A DNA stretch of 64,000 nt from Piedraia hortae CBS 480.64. Lineage: Eukaryota. The number at the start of each line of letters is the position of its first letter. Position 1 is the stretch's first letter. The stretch lies in NCBI GenBank assembly GCA_010093745.1, contig MU006021.1:1-64000 (forward strand), read 5' to 3'. Below the pieces are notes generated by a model. The model ran no database searches. It was not told where the DNA came from and saw nothing but the letters and a program-made list of their open reading frames with translations. Both the position numbers and the translations under genes were made by a program. Positions 13,390 through 24,795 of the stretch are shown piece by piece.

Positions 13390-14051
13390 TCAGTACAACC
13401 ATCTCGGCAACATGCCCGCAACTCTAAGAATAAGGGTTGCTACTGCTGGCTAGAAGTGGTACGTCAGCCAAAGGACTTTTGACAATCATGAACAAAGCAA
13501 CTTACCACCTCCGCTCTGCGGAGAGCATGACTCCCGATCCCCAGCGAAGCGACCGTACTCTGTCCATCTACTATGAAGCCACCGCTACTACTTGCCGACA
13601 CAAGGCCGTTCCCGCTATCGCTCGTCGGCTGCGCTGACTGCTGCGTAGTTTGCTGCGTCTGCTGCCCGCTTGCCGTGGAGGGAGCACCGGCACCGGCGCC
13701 GGCACCTACCAGCTGACCGTTCGACATCGTTCCGGCGGTGATTACACCGTTGATGGCACCTGAGCATGCCACGCCCGTCGGACAGCAAGCCACATGTCCC
13801 GACTGGTCAGCGCTGCAGACGGCCTGGTTTGCGCAACACAATCCCGGAGCGCCGAGGTTCTCGCATGACCCAAAGCCTGTCGGGCAGCCTGAACTTCCTC
13901 CGGAGTTCTGTCGACGGAGGAGTTCTTCGTGTGTGTTGTTGTTCGGGATGTAGTCGGAAAGGCCGATCGGTAGTGCAGAGAAGAAGGGCTGGAAATCGAT
14001 CGCGAAAACCCCTGTGCCGAGGAGGAGTAGGAGCGGCTGAATGGGTCGCAT
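13390..14051 (-). CDS. Secreted Cys-rich, probably GPI-anchored protein, 2 exons
   Basis: Signal peptide MRPIQPLLLLLGTGVFA; Cys cluster; S/T/Q-rich stalk; intron 13450-13505; hydrophobic tail PAVATLILRVAGMLPRWLY*. Confidence 0.8.
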
Positions 14052-14273
14052 AGTTGGGTGAATGGATGAGGAATGGAAACGTGGTGAGGTCGAGCATGTT
14101 GTGGCGCTTACCGGGCAACCGGACCGGTCCGCCACCCCGCGCGATTGGATCTGACGGCTCTGACAGTTTCCGCCCCACGCTTGTCCGTCTGTTGTCATCT
14201 CATGTAAGCGTGAAACCGTTCTGGGGGTATAAATCATCTAGGTTCGACATGGGTGTGTCTTTGAGTACCAGGC

Positions 14274-14322
14274 TGAACAAGCAACCCGGGGCTGGCAGTA
14301 CCAGCCCCGGGTTGCTTGTTCA
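14274..14322. repeat. Perfect 22-bp inverted repeat with 5-nt spacer
   Basis: tgaacaagcaacccggggctgg-cagta-ccagccccgggttgcttgttca. Confidence 0.95.
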
Positions 14323-14553
14323 CCGGCTGGACGCTCAAGTGAACAATCATTGACGCCTCTAATGGATCATTTTCGTGTTACAGAACTTCCATGACGCTCT
14401 GTAACACACGGTACGGTGAACGACCCCCACCGGTGAATCCATCACCACCAGGGTAGCTCCAACGTAGAGGAGGGGTAGCTTTTCTTTCACCTCTTCTCCA
14501 TACTCTGCAGCATCAGCTGCCTCTTAATCAAAGCTCTCGCAAGACGATACAGC

Positions 14554-14760
14554 ATGGGCAGCACCGTTAAAGCGAAACCGTCAAAGAAACAAGTACACTT
14601 CATAGACGAATGCGTCCCCGGCAAGTTGAAGTCGCCTCAGAAGACGAAGCCTAAGGTGACAACCAAAACCTATGAAGTTTCACACAAGGTTGTTGAACGC
14701 ATTAATGTGGACGGAGTAAGGATCATTATCACGAAGACTGCGATCAAGAGAGTTGCCTGA
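14554..14760 (+). CDS. Possible small basic protein (68 aa)
   Basis: ATG after a pyrimidine-rich leader; Lys-rich; KQVHF motif; no homology recognised. Confidence 0.3.
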   Translation: MGSTVKAKPSKKQVHFIDECVPGKLKSPQKTKPKVTTKTYEVSHKVVERINVDGVRIIITKTAIKRVA

Positions 14761-15146
14761 GACCGTTGGGGGATGCAGACTGGGCAACAACGCGGTGTCA
14801 TGTGGTTTGTTTTTGTACTGGCTTGTCCTGACAGACCTGTGGTTGTCTGTCCAATCGAGATTGTTGTGCATGTAGATAAGCAATGGCATCCTGATCGAAT
14901 GCCCGAGTAATGATGCCAAGACTCCCCGCACACCTTGGCAAAGTTACAGCTGCTTCCTGCGAGTTAGAAACTTTCAGACACACCAGGCCCAGTCTATATT
15001 GCTCTACTGCAGTTAGGATAAAACGTGCATATCATCAACAACCGTGCCCAGCCACCCAACGGTTGCTCGCTCGGATTTTGCCGACCCGATGATGTAAGCA
15101 CCAAGAAAAGCTTATCAGATATGGCAGATAACATCTCCACCACTTC

Positions 15147-16195
15147 ATGTCCCAAACCAAGAGTAGGTTGTCCAACCACTATTAGCCCAAGCTCACAAGA
15201 TAGGTACGGACGTCTGGATTGCAGGTGCGACTGCGGCGTTCACTGTGGATCTGATCGTTTATCCGCTTGACACGATCAAAACCAGACTACAGTCGCCAGA
15301 TTACGCAAAAAGATTCCGAGGAAGTGGAGGTATAAACCGCTCGTTGTTTCATGGCGTGTATCAAGGCGTTGGAAGTGCGATAATCGCCACTTTGCCGTCA
15401 TCTGGCGCATTTTTCACCACCTACGAAACGATACAGTCGAGATTGGAAAAGCTCAACGCACGCGTGAGCAATAGAATTCCACAGCCGCTCATCTACTCAC
15501 TCGCTTCTGGATGTGCAGAACTCGTCTCCTGCGCCATACTTACACCAGCCGAGGTTATCAAGCAAAATGCTCAGATGGTCGATAATTCCAATTCCAACAG
15601 ACCAAAAACAAACGCCACACTGGCCACCCTAAAGAAATTCCGATCGAATCCCGCCGGACTCTGGAGAGGCTATGCTGCTTTGGCGGGGCGCAATCTGCCT
15701 TTTACCGCATTGCAGTTTCCGCTCTACGAGCGCCTCAAAGCAGCCATAAAACGTTACAGATATGAAAGGGGGCTCCGAACTAACACCATTACCGAAGCTG
15801 GATTGATTACCGCTTTTAGTGCAGGTGCAGGAGGAGCTATTGCGGCTTTGATCACAACGCCCGTCGATGTTATCAAGACCCGCATCATGCTAGCTGCTGC
15901 GGATGAATCTGTTTCATCTAAGCCATCCAAGCGTTTGCTGAAAGATGCTACAGGTGCAGCAGTCGATGCGGCCCGAAAGCCAGGACAGGCTGTGAGGAAT
16001 ATGGTACAGAGAAAGGGTATGCTACAGGTTGCTCGAGAAGTCATGCAGGAAATGGGTTTCAGAGGTCTTTTCCGAGGCGGACCGCTTCGAGCAATCTGGA
16101 CGCTTGTAGGAAGTGGCCTGTATCTAGGCGTGTACGAAAGTGGAAAGATGTATTTGGCGCAACGCCGACCAGATGTAGCAGATGAAGACATATAA
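15147..16195 (+). CDS. Mitochondrial carrier protein (SAM carrier Sam5/Pet8-like)
   Basis: Three carrier signatures (PLDTIKTRLQ, PAEVIKQNAQ, PVDVIKTRIM), RNLPFTALQFPLYE. Inferred exon 1 15147-15162 and intron 15163-15203 give MSQTKSTDVWIAGA. Confidence 0.9.
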
Positions 16196-16336
16196 CCGTA
16201 TGGAGCAAAGAAGAGATGAATTTCCAGTGTGACGCAGATGGACTATCAGATAAAGGTGGGGCTGGTGATTAGTCAGCAAAATTTTTTGTGTCGCCGCGAC
16301 CACACCTCAACTTCGACCGACGCTGAGCCCAACACC

Positions 16337-17073
16337 ATGGCAACGGAGACTGGACCGTCCGATACGACGTTCATCAAGCAGCTGACTTCGAGCGGTATGT
16401 ATTTCCGTCTCCACTAGGCCGCATAATTGATAGAGTAGACCGGCAATGCCGCGACCGCGCCCTCGAAGCGCTCCGTGCCTTCCTCCACCATCATAAGGAA
16501 CCCTTTACAACGACAGATTTTCTCAAACTCTGGAAAGGTCTCTACTGGAGTCTCTGGTTGCAGGACAAACCGCGAAACCAACAGCAACTGGCGCGACACA
16601 TTGCAAGTCTCGCCGATGAGCTGCCCGATCGGGCGCAACAACGAAGATTCTTTGAGGCCTTCTGGCTGACCATGGCCAGAGTATGGTCCAGTATCGACTC
16701 TCACCGAATCAATAAATTCATGTACCTCGTTCGTCTCTCTTTGGGGAAAGTCTGGGAGTGTTGTGTTCAATCGGAATGGGATGTGGCCTGGACGGACATG
16801 CTTCAAGCCGGTCCGCTCGATGCACAGGACGCATCTGTGCCCGATGGTCTGAGATTCCATCTTGTAGACATCTACGTCGATGAGCTGTGCAAAGCAGACG
16901 AGAAGCGACAGTCGCCTCTCAACGAAGCGCTCAGGCCGCTGCGAAAGTTGTGCATGGAGACTTCCAACAAAGCCTTGCGAAGGAGGGCACAAGAAGCCCT
17001 GCAAGATGAGCGACTGGCAGAATGGCCTTCTGAGATCGAAGACGACGGTGAAGAGTTTGAAGGATTCGACTGA
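16337..17073 (+). CDS. RRP1: rRNA processing protein Rrp1 (Nop52 family)
   Basis: FIKQLTSSDRQCRDRALEAL (intron 16395-16438), KLWKGLYWSLW, WSSIDSHRINKFMYLVR, DGLRFHLVDIYVDEL. Confidence 0.9.
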
Positions 17074-17110
17074 CGATAATTAGGAATTAATTAGAGATAC
17101 CCATATGTCA

Positions 17111-18462
17111 TTAACACCTCGGCGAGAAATTCGTTCTCAACGTGCGATCCGCATTCATTGCCCTCCATTGCTTCTCATGCTGAACGATGCCGCTGTCTCC
17201 AATCGACAGCGGTTTCCAGGGCTTGTGAAACGTCAGCAATCAGCCAGCAAATTACCGGGCAAACTCACTCGTCAAGCGCCTCGAAGTAGAAAACATTGAC
17301 CCCCCAACCCAGCAGGGCACACACAGTTTTCTTGAAAAAGCTCGCCGCATTCGCCATCCCCGCCTTCGCCGGTCCATAATCACTTCCCCCATCGGTCGGC
17401 TACCACGTCTCTCCATTCCAAACCTCCACTACATCCAACGACCCCATCAACTCCTGCACCCTCGCAAGCGCCTGCTGAACATCATCGATGTATGTATTCA
17501 CAGCCGAACCAATATCCTTGCCTTGCCAGTACGAAAACGCGTTCGCCATGGTAACATCCGCTACCCCCGCCTGGAGTACAGCATCCGCCGTTCCATCCGT
17601 AAACTTGTTCCTGCCCAAATACCATCCATTTGGAGCCCGTGGGTCCTCGAGAAACATACCAATTATCAGCCGTCCCAATTTTTATATTAGGAAACAAATC
17701 CTTGACCTCCCGCATTTGCTGTGCAAGGATCTCTCCCGTAGGGTCCCCGCGATAGAGTGCTTCAGACCCGACGGTTATACCGTATACCTGTCCCTCGTAT
17801 CTCTTTATGGCCTCGGACAAGGCAGTTTTGTCTGCTGAGAAGATTGAATCTGTATCTGGCCTGTTTTTCCAGTCGACCACTCATTCTCCTCTTCTCAATC
17901 CTGAGTCTCGAACAGGATATCCGACCGTGACAAAGCCACCTTCCACAGAAAAGGAGTATGTCCTTCCTCCCCTCCCCTCCTTCCAGGACGTAGAAAAACT
18001 CACCAAACCCAAACCACAACCCTCACCCCCTTCTCCCTCACCCCAGGCAAAATCTCCGCTGCGGAGTTACATTCTGAAGCAGAATACGTCCTCACGACTT
18101 TTGCATCTGTATTTGGCCTTATTGTGTGTCTTGAAAGAGGTCATGTAGAACTAAGGTTTAAAAGTGGCTCTTCGCCGCTCGACCGCAAAAGATAGAGATA
18201 CCTTTAGAAAATACCTCAGTTTCACACCGCACCTTCGTCGATTCTCTGTAGAACGTCGGAAGGTCATGATAGAGGTAATCTAACACTGTTGTGCGTAAAT
18301 TCACTCCGAAAAGTCACGTTAACGCCTCGAAATTCGCAGCATAGTTCGCCGTGGTCTTGCATGCCACGTCCGGCAGTTTTGTGCCCAGAGCGAACCCTAG
18401 CAGGCGAGCTAGGGCTCTTCGCGCTAGGAGGAAGGGGGGGAAGGAGGAAGTATTGAGCGCAT
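17111..18462 (-). pseudogene. GH17 beta-1,3-glucanosyltransferase (Bgl2/Bgt1-like) pseudogene
   Basis: LGFALGTK..CKT, VVRTYSASECN, ITVGSEALYRGD, NAFSYWQG, GETW*PTDG (stop 17400-17402), VFYFEALDE/PWKP; signal-peptide frameshift; 196-bp insertion at 18123-18318. Confidence 0.85.
18123..18318 (-). mobile_element. LTR-like insertion (family D-related) within the GH17 pseudogene
   Basis: Removal rejoins NFEAL-RPNTDAKVVRTYS; flanks TTAA/ATAA; shares ttacctctat and tgcggt..actgaggta with family D. Confidence 0.55.
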
Positions 18463-18495
18463 TGTGGGATATTTTGGGAAGGTGGTGAATGAGTT

Positions 18496-18741
18496 TATTC
18501 GTTGAGAAGTATCGGTGCCATGCCTCGGCCTGATAGCAAAGACCATACAAAGAAAAATCCTGCATAGCAAAATGCTCAAAGAGCATAATAAAGAGGACAG
18601 TGTGACAATGGAGTGATATTTGAAACTGTCTGAACAAAGAAGCTACTTGTATATAAGCTCGCTGCTGAACATCAGATTATACAACTTTGTTAAAACTCAA
18701 TCTTCAGAACGATTACGCTACGCAACAACTATCTTCCAACA
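18496..18741 (+). mobile_element. LTR family B copy (about 246 bp)
   Basis: High similarity to the 21097, 23098 and 48220 copies; ends ...ttccaaca; no matching TSD. Confidence 0.8.
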
Positions 18742-19168
18742 CTGGGCTTCAAATAATAAATCAATTTGCTCTCCTCAGACACATAATACTTCATCAAAGT
18801 CCTCCAGCTTAATCCCTAGTGTCGGGGACGTCTTACAGAACATATCATAGCCTTGATCTTCGCTCTCAAAGAGCCGTTCAATTACTTTAGACGCCGACCA
18901 TCCTGATCATGGCACATAGGCTCCCACTAAGCAAAGACTGGAACTATTCTTTCAGTCTTTAAAGACAATTGACTGCTACTTTCCAATAACAGCAAAGAAT
19001 ATGCGCATTAAATGGCAAGTAGAATCTTCCCCCGTTCGAAACATTCTTTCATGCAGATATTTCGTTTCACGAAACCAATATGTGAGATAGAGAATACCAG
19101 CTTCCACGTGACTGGAATAGCGCAATGAACTTTGCATCCTAGTGGCTCCCATGACTGGACCCAAGATC

Positions 19169-19460
19169 TGTTGGCATGAAGTCTCGTTGCTATGAGTACC
19201 ATGCAACTGCGCGACACTTCTTACACTAGCAGCTGCACCCTAGGTTTTGTCCTCGGAAAGGTTCCCCCAGGGGTCATGTCGCATGCGACATGGTGAATGC
19301 GCCGTGCTACGGTTTAAGGCGAGTCATGGAGCAAAACCGCATGCTGACGGTTTTACTGCATGCATGACCACTTGCTTACGGTTATACGATTGATGACTCT
19401 TAATACAAGACTATGCACTGGCCTACCGGCCCATACTATATTCTCTAATGTTCCCTCGTA
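19169..19460 (+). mobile_element. Diverged LTR family C copy (3' end uncertain)
   Basis: Starts TGTTGG; shares cagctgcaccctaggtttt, gggtcatgtc and gacatggtgaatgcgcc with the 21950 copy. Confidence 0.65.
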
Positions 19461-20331
19461 GATACGCTAGTATCCACTTGCACACACATCTCTACTCTTC
19501 ATCCATCGTTCTCACTGGCACATACCATCTCTTTCAAGACCTTTGACGCCTCTAGGCTGCAGATATTCACCAAGTAGATTGATCTGCAGTAGGATATCTC
19601 CATAGATACCACCTTCGTCCTCCACATCAAGAAAGCGAAGCAACTAATCATTGTTTCGAGCGCATCTAAGGTTAGAAATGGACAGAATATTGCATTGTAC
19701 CAAGATAAATCAGGTTCTATCAGTGGCTTGAAAGCCAGCTTGACTGGTCGTTAGGCGGATGATGACATGATTTGAAGTATTAACTCCCAAGGCTCGCGGC
19801 GTGCTCGACTGATTTCCTGAGGGGAATCAATTACATCAGAAGGTAGAACGGGCGTCACGGACGTTTTCACATATAGCCTGATGAGTATTCGAGTATTGGC
19901 ATTCAACCGAACCAACAAACCACATCTACAGCTATGGTGGGATGAGGAATGTCTAATTGTCGTCACAATATAATTAAACAGGATTGTTGAATTGTTATGT
20001 TTGTCAAGGGACGCTTCCACCAGATAGCTTCCGCACCCTTATGGGGCGCTCAGAGGAGTTTCACGTCGCTAGGCAATCGAGTTACAGTATGCTGCAAGGT
20101 AGCCTTGCGTGTCTATCGGGCCTCCGGAGAGAGATATTGGAAAGAATTATCTGCGCTCTGCCTCGTGATCAGATCATTTTTAACGCTGCGCATGCTGTTT
20201 GCAGATTAAAAAGCTGGATACGCAATCTTTTAGGAACTGTGGGGCGCCAATGCTGTGCCCGCCACAAACACTAACAACAGCTACACACGCCCCCCAGGGT
20301 TTCAACCCGCCTTCCAAAACTGAGCATCGTC

Positions 20332-20718
20332 ATGATGCAGGATAGCCTCATGTCGGACAGCCAAGCAGTGGCTGCGGTAGTACAAACCGCTGAAACTCTG
20401 GAAAGGCGATTTCAATGTACGTGCAATCCTGGTCAATCTTTACAGCCTCGCAGCGCGTTAGATATTCTCGCTTGCTTGCGCCGCGATAAGCTATACTACA
20501 TCTACGAAACTGGAAACTACGGATACGGAATGGACAAGCTGTACCTGATTCTCAGAAATATGTGGGTTCACGAATCAGCTCAGGACAGAGCGACCATTGT
20601 GCGCATGGCGGCACTTGATGCAGCTTTTCCCAAGTTCAGGGCAGGTGGATGTCGGTGTGGTGCTTTCAGAGCTTGGGTTAAAAATTATTTTCGTGGGGCG
20701 AAGCAAGTGGCGGTTTAG
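20332..20718 (+). CDS. Hypothetical protein or gene relic; F-box-like fragment upstream
   Basis: 128-aa ORF; upstream ORF 19984-20274 has LSGLRREILERII, weakly F-box-like. Confidence 0.3.
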   Translation: MMQDSLMSDSQAVAAVVQTAETLERRFQCTCNPGQSLQPRSALDILACLRRDKLYYIYETGNYGYGMDKLYLILRNMWVHESAQDRATIVRMAALDAAFPKFRAGGCRCGAFRAWVKNYFRGAKQVAV

Positions 20719-21096
20719 ATTTTGCAGGAGATTCAATCGTTAGCCACGGCATTGGTGTTGGCGTAGAGGATACTGAGCTCGAATAATGGCCAAATTCTCT
20801 TCCACTACCTTACATTCAAGGGCTCGTAGCAGGCTCTAGCCATGGAGCGGTCTGCTCTACTTCCCTACGTGCATTAATATCGAAGCAAGCTGCGGAGGCA
20901 TAGTTGGGGTACACAGCGTTGCAGATGACTCAAAGGACTTTTCCGGTTGAGCAGATACTGTTCCTCTTCAACAATATCCGATCCTGTACAAACGTGATAA
21001 ATCGTGTCATCGTGCTTTGGCATTACCCAATCTTCCACTGGAGCTTTGGCAGTGACCATTTGACCAAACACCGGCGTCGCAATACCCACAGCATGG

Positions 21097-21345
21097 TGTT
21101 ACTGATATGCATCGGTGCCATTCCTCGGCCTGATAACAAAGACCATACAAAGAAAAATCCTACATAGCAAAATGCTCAAAGAGCATAATAAAGAGGACAG
21201 TGTGGCAATGGAGTAATATTTGAAATTATTGGAACAAAGAAACAACTTGTATATGAGCTAAATACTGAAAGCCGGATAAATAAAGAAAAATTCAAACAAC
21301 TCAATCTTTAGAACAATTACGCTACACAACAATCATCTTCCAACG
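21097..21345 (+). mobile_element. Solo LTR, family B, 5-bp TSD CATGG
   Basis: CATGG at 21092-21096 and 21346-21350; TGTT...CAACG ends. Confidence 0.85.
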
Positions 21346-21949
21346 CATGGAAGCGGATTTCTAGGAGACCGACGACTCAAGACGATATCCATGTCTGCAA
21401 CCAACTCTTGCTCTGCTCTAATTCGCCAACTTATAGGCTGGCTAGATTGTCGTATTAGATAAGATTAGCACATCATAGGAATCCGGGCTATGCCCTTTAT
21501 CAGGTTTCGGGAACTCAGCAAATACCTTCGCCTTGTTCTCCAAACCCGATGGCCCCTACCGGTATAATGGAAAGCAAATCTAGTCATCGCGAATTGTGAA
21601 CTGTATGCAGGGTAAAATCACTGCGTCAGCTTTATTTGTTTCCGCCCTTTACGGTCGCCCGACTCCTGTGATGGGGGACTACCAGCGACCAGTTCGTTGC
21701 TGCATGCTTCAACCTCGATTCTGGTGATACGTCTAATTGGTTTTCGTTTACTGTCAGTGACTGTGTGAACGAGAGATGCCGCTGGGTCCAGTGACCTCGC
21801 AGAGTTTTCTACTTCGTAGAGAAAATTACCTTCTGCGATGGGGTCATGCCTAGAGATGCCCAAAAGGGCAAGGAGACTTTGGAAGTTATCAGATTTCAGT
21901 ATCATTTTTCATTCGTGAAGTTAAGACTAGACCTATCCTACAAATCCTT

Positions 21950-22309
21950 TGTTGGATTCAAGCATCGCCGCTAGCGCGTATGCAGGGCACTTGCATAGCA
22001 AGTCAGCGATACCTCCTACATTACCAGCTGCACCCTAGGTTTTCCCCTCACAGAGGTTTTCCCTCAGGGTCATGTCATATGTGACATGGTGAATGCGCCC
22101 CGCTAGTGTACGACGTGACGTCACCGGCCCACCGGTACAGAATTTTCATTCTGAACGTCCCCTCATTAAAATATAGTCATTCACACTACCATACTGCAAC
22201 TGGTATTTGACTCACATACATCTAAATCTTTCCTGTCCCTGATTCTGTCTATCGCTCCGTCCTCTTCGGGTCGCTGTGCACCCTCACCCACGAGAGCCAA
22301 ATCTCTACA
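21950..22309 (+). mobile_element. Solo LTR, family C (360 bp), 5-bp TSD TCCTT
   Basis: TGTTGG...TACA; TCCTT at 21945-21949 and 22310-22314. Confidence 0.88.
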
Positions 22310-23097
22310 TCCTTCATGACAACAAATACCCTAGCGGACGTTACGAGCATGCCTCCTACCAGCTGCACTCACGGTGCCCATGGTAGCCGCCGCGTAGCTG
22401 GGGCCGAACCTCTCACCGTCGGCACAAAAATACAGTTAAGATCAGTGTGTTTGGTCGTTGAGACAGGGAGGCTACTTGTTCGCCATCAACGGTGATATGA
22501 GTGTCGCTCCCCTGGTACTGTAGCCAAGGCTGACGTTTGCAAGAGATCAGAAACCAAAGGGGTCCTATTGTTAAGAGTAATGGTCCAATTGTTGCTGAGG
22601 CAGGAAAGTGCCTAACCAGATGGCGATTTGATTTTGTGGACGGCCTCACCCAATTCCTAGCTTGACCCCTCGTTGATAATATCGCGTGTCACTGGTATGC
22701 TATTATTCCTGGGCATGATACCCTCTTTCTGTCGACCTACTAAGCTGCATGAGCCAAACCCAAGTTATCCGCTTTTCGCCCCAATCACATGACTCATCGA
22801 AAACTGCAACGGCGAAGTTTGACTCGAACAAGAAGTGCTACGGCACACAACCTAAGCAATCGAGCTCGCAAGTAGAAATTTTGTTCTAAGTGGCCGAAAG
22901 TCTGGGTGCGAGAAGCCGTTCAAGATGAATAATATTGAACTGCATCGATAAAGTTTGAAATATTGGAAATGGCTGGCTGGTTGTCACGTCCATAAGCGCT
23001 TGGCGCCACCATAGATAATTCTGTTCCCCACTGGGTGGAACATGCACCTAGGGAGGCCGCAGATTCCCCGCCCTTGGTTCTGCCAGGACATAAAAAT

Positions 23098-23342
23098 TGT
23101 TGAAATATAGTTGTTGCGTAGCGTAATCGTTCTGAAGATTGAGTTTTAGCAAAGTTGTATATTCTGATGTTCAGCAGCGAGCTTATATACAAGTAGCCTC
23201 TTTGTGCAGACAGTTTCAACTATCACTCCATTGTCCCACTGTCCTCTTTATTATGCTCTTTGAGCATTTTGCTGTGTAGGATATTTCTTTGTATGGTCTT
23301 TGTTATCAGGCCGAGGTATGGCACTGATACTTCTCAACAACA
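23098..23342 (-). mobile_element. LTR family B copy
   Basis: Reverse-complement match to 18496-18741; TGTTG...CAACA termini; no matching TSD. Confidence 0.82.
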
Positions 23343-24036
23343 CCAAGATCTTAATGTCCTGCATTGCAGGTCAAGTTCCGCCGCTAAATCAGCAAATATA
23401 ATACTTGCACTCGGTAACGCGGAAGATCCTGATGATGTGGACAATTCAAGGCGAAAAATGCCCATATGCCATGGCATTGAGTGCTGCTCTGCCTTAGGAG
23501 GCCTATCTTACAATGGGAGCGACGATTCATGCAGAGTGACTGACAGGAAAGGATGGTTTGGCAAGACTGTACCTCAATGCCCCGCTGGATTATGCAGGTT
23601 TGATTGGACCAACGATGGCATGATTCTTTTCCGCATCCTAGTTGCTTCTTGTCACGGTTTCGTAGAGTTCTCAAACAATACAACAGTGGTGTAAGCCCAA
23701 TCACAGAATTTGCAACATGATGGAGATCAGGGGCGCTTATAAGGCAGAGTGAGACATCTACTTCACAATTTAAACGTCGCATGCGAGCAGCTCGAAGAGT
23801 GTTCGTATTTGCGTGCTCGAACGCGACAGAAGCGCGCGCATTGCGCGAGTGTCGGGCGCTTAATCACCGTAGGATGCTCTAGACGAACATCACAGGCAAA
23901 TACAGCTCACCTGGAACCTTGCTGATAGCGTCTAGGCGGATGTTGGCTGCGAAGTGAGAAAGTTGGAGTTGCGCAAAAGCGGGGTTGCAGATTTTGGGAA
24001 CGATGTAGGGATGGCCCGCTGTCGCCCGCTGTCAGT

Positions 24037-24134
24037 TGCATATGTCCTGTCCCTGTTGTCAATTCCCGTCTGTCGTTTAGTCATCTTATTTCGGGACTCA
24101 GCGCACTCCCGTCAACGCGAGCCTTATCGCTACA
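24037..24134 (+). mobile_element. 3' fragment of LTR family C
   Basis: Aligns to the reverse complement of 1957-2055 (tgtcctgtccctgttgtc...tatcgctaca). Confidence 0.75.
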
Positions 24135-24795
24135 TGAGATATCACTAGAGCCTGGCCACGAAGGGAGTAGAATGTCGTTTGGAATCAGCAAACGTCTAGA
24201 CGGAATTTATTCTTTTCTCCCAAGAGCTACTTGTTGAAAAATGTTCATTAAACCTGATTTTGACAGTCTTTTTGAGACGTGACGTCCAAGGAGGTATACT
24301 AGCATGACTATTATCCTTTATGAATTCCACTCAGTGTATAGAAGCCACCACAGGTCAGAGGTTCCAAGCTAACGTCAGTATCCACTATAATGGCCAGAAC
24401 TCCAGGGCTTCTCCATATGAAAGACACGGACAGTCCCTAAACCGCAATCTAAGACATGAGCAGAACGTGAGTTAATTTCACGGACAGTGTTTGCCATGCA
24501 TCTTTAACAAAGAGATACGTTTGCGATCGTTAAGAGCGTCGTGGTGGGAATATAGCCAGCGATTGAAGGCTTTTCCGATGCAGCATGTTCTTACTATACT
24601 GCATGAATGACGGCTCTCATTGACAAAGGCATCTGAGATAGTCTTTCATAACACATCGTCACTCGAGTCAAAGAAAGCGCCGGAGGAGCTAATCCCATTG
24701 ATGCAGTTTAAGTTTCCCGCGTCCAAGACAGTTTGCATGTCTCATCGTGTTCCTGCTTCTGAACTCCTCTTTATCAAACCACCACGATTTCACTT

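Noticed and set aside
18496..21345. Direct family B repeats as paired LTRs of one 2.8-kb element
   Set aside because: The second copy has its own CATGG TSD, the outer flanks differ, and no gag/pol was seen between them.
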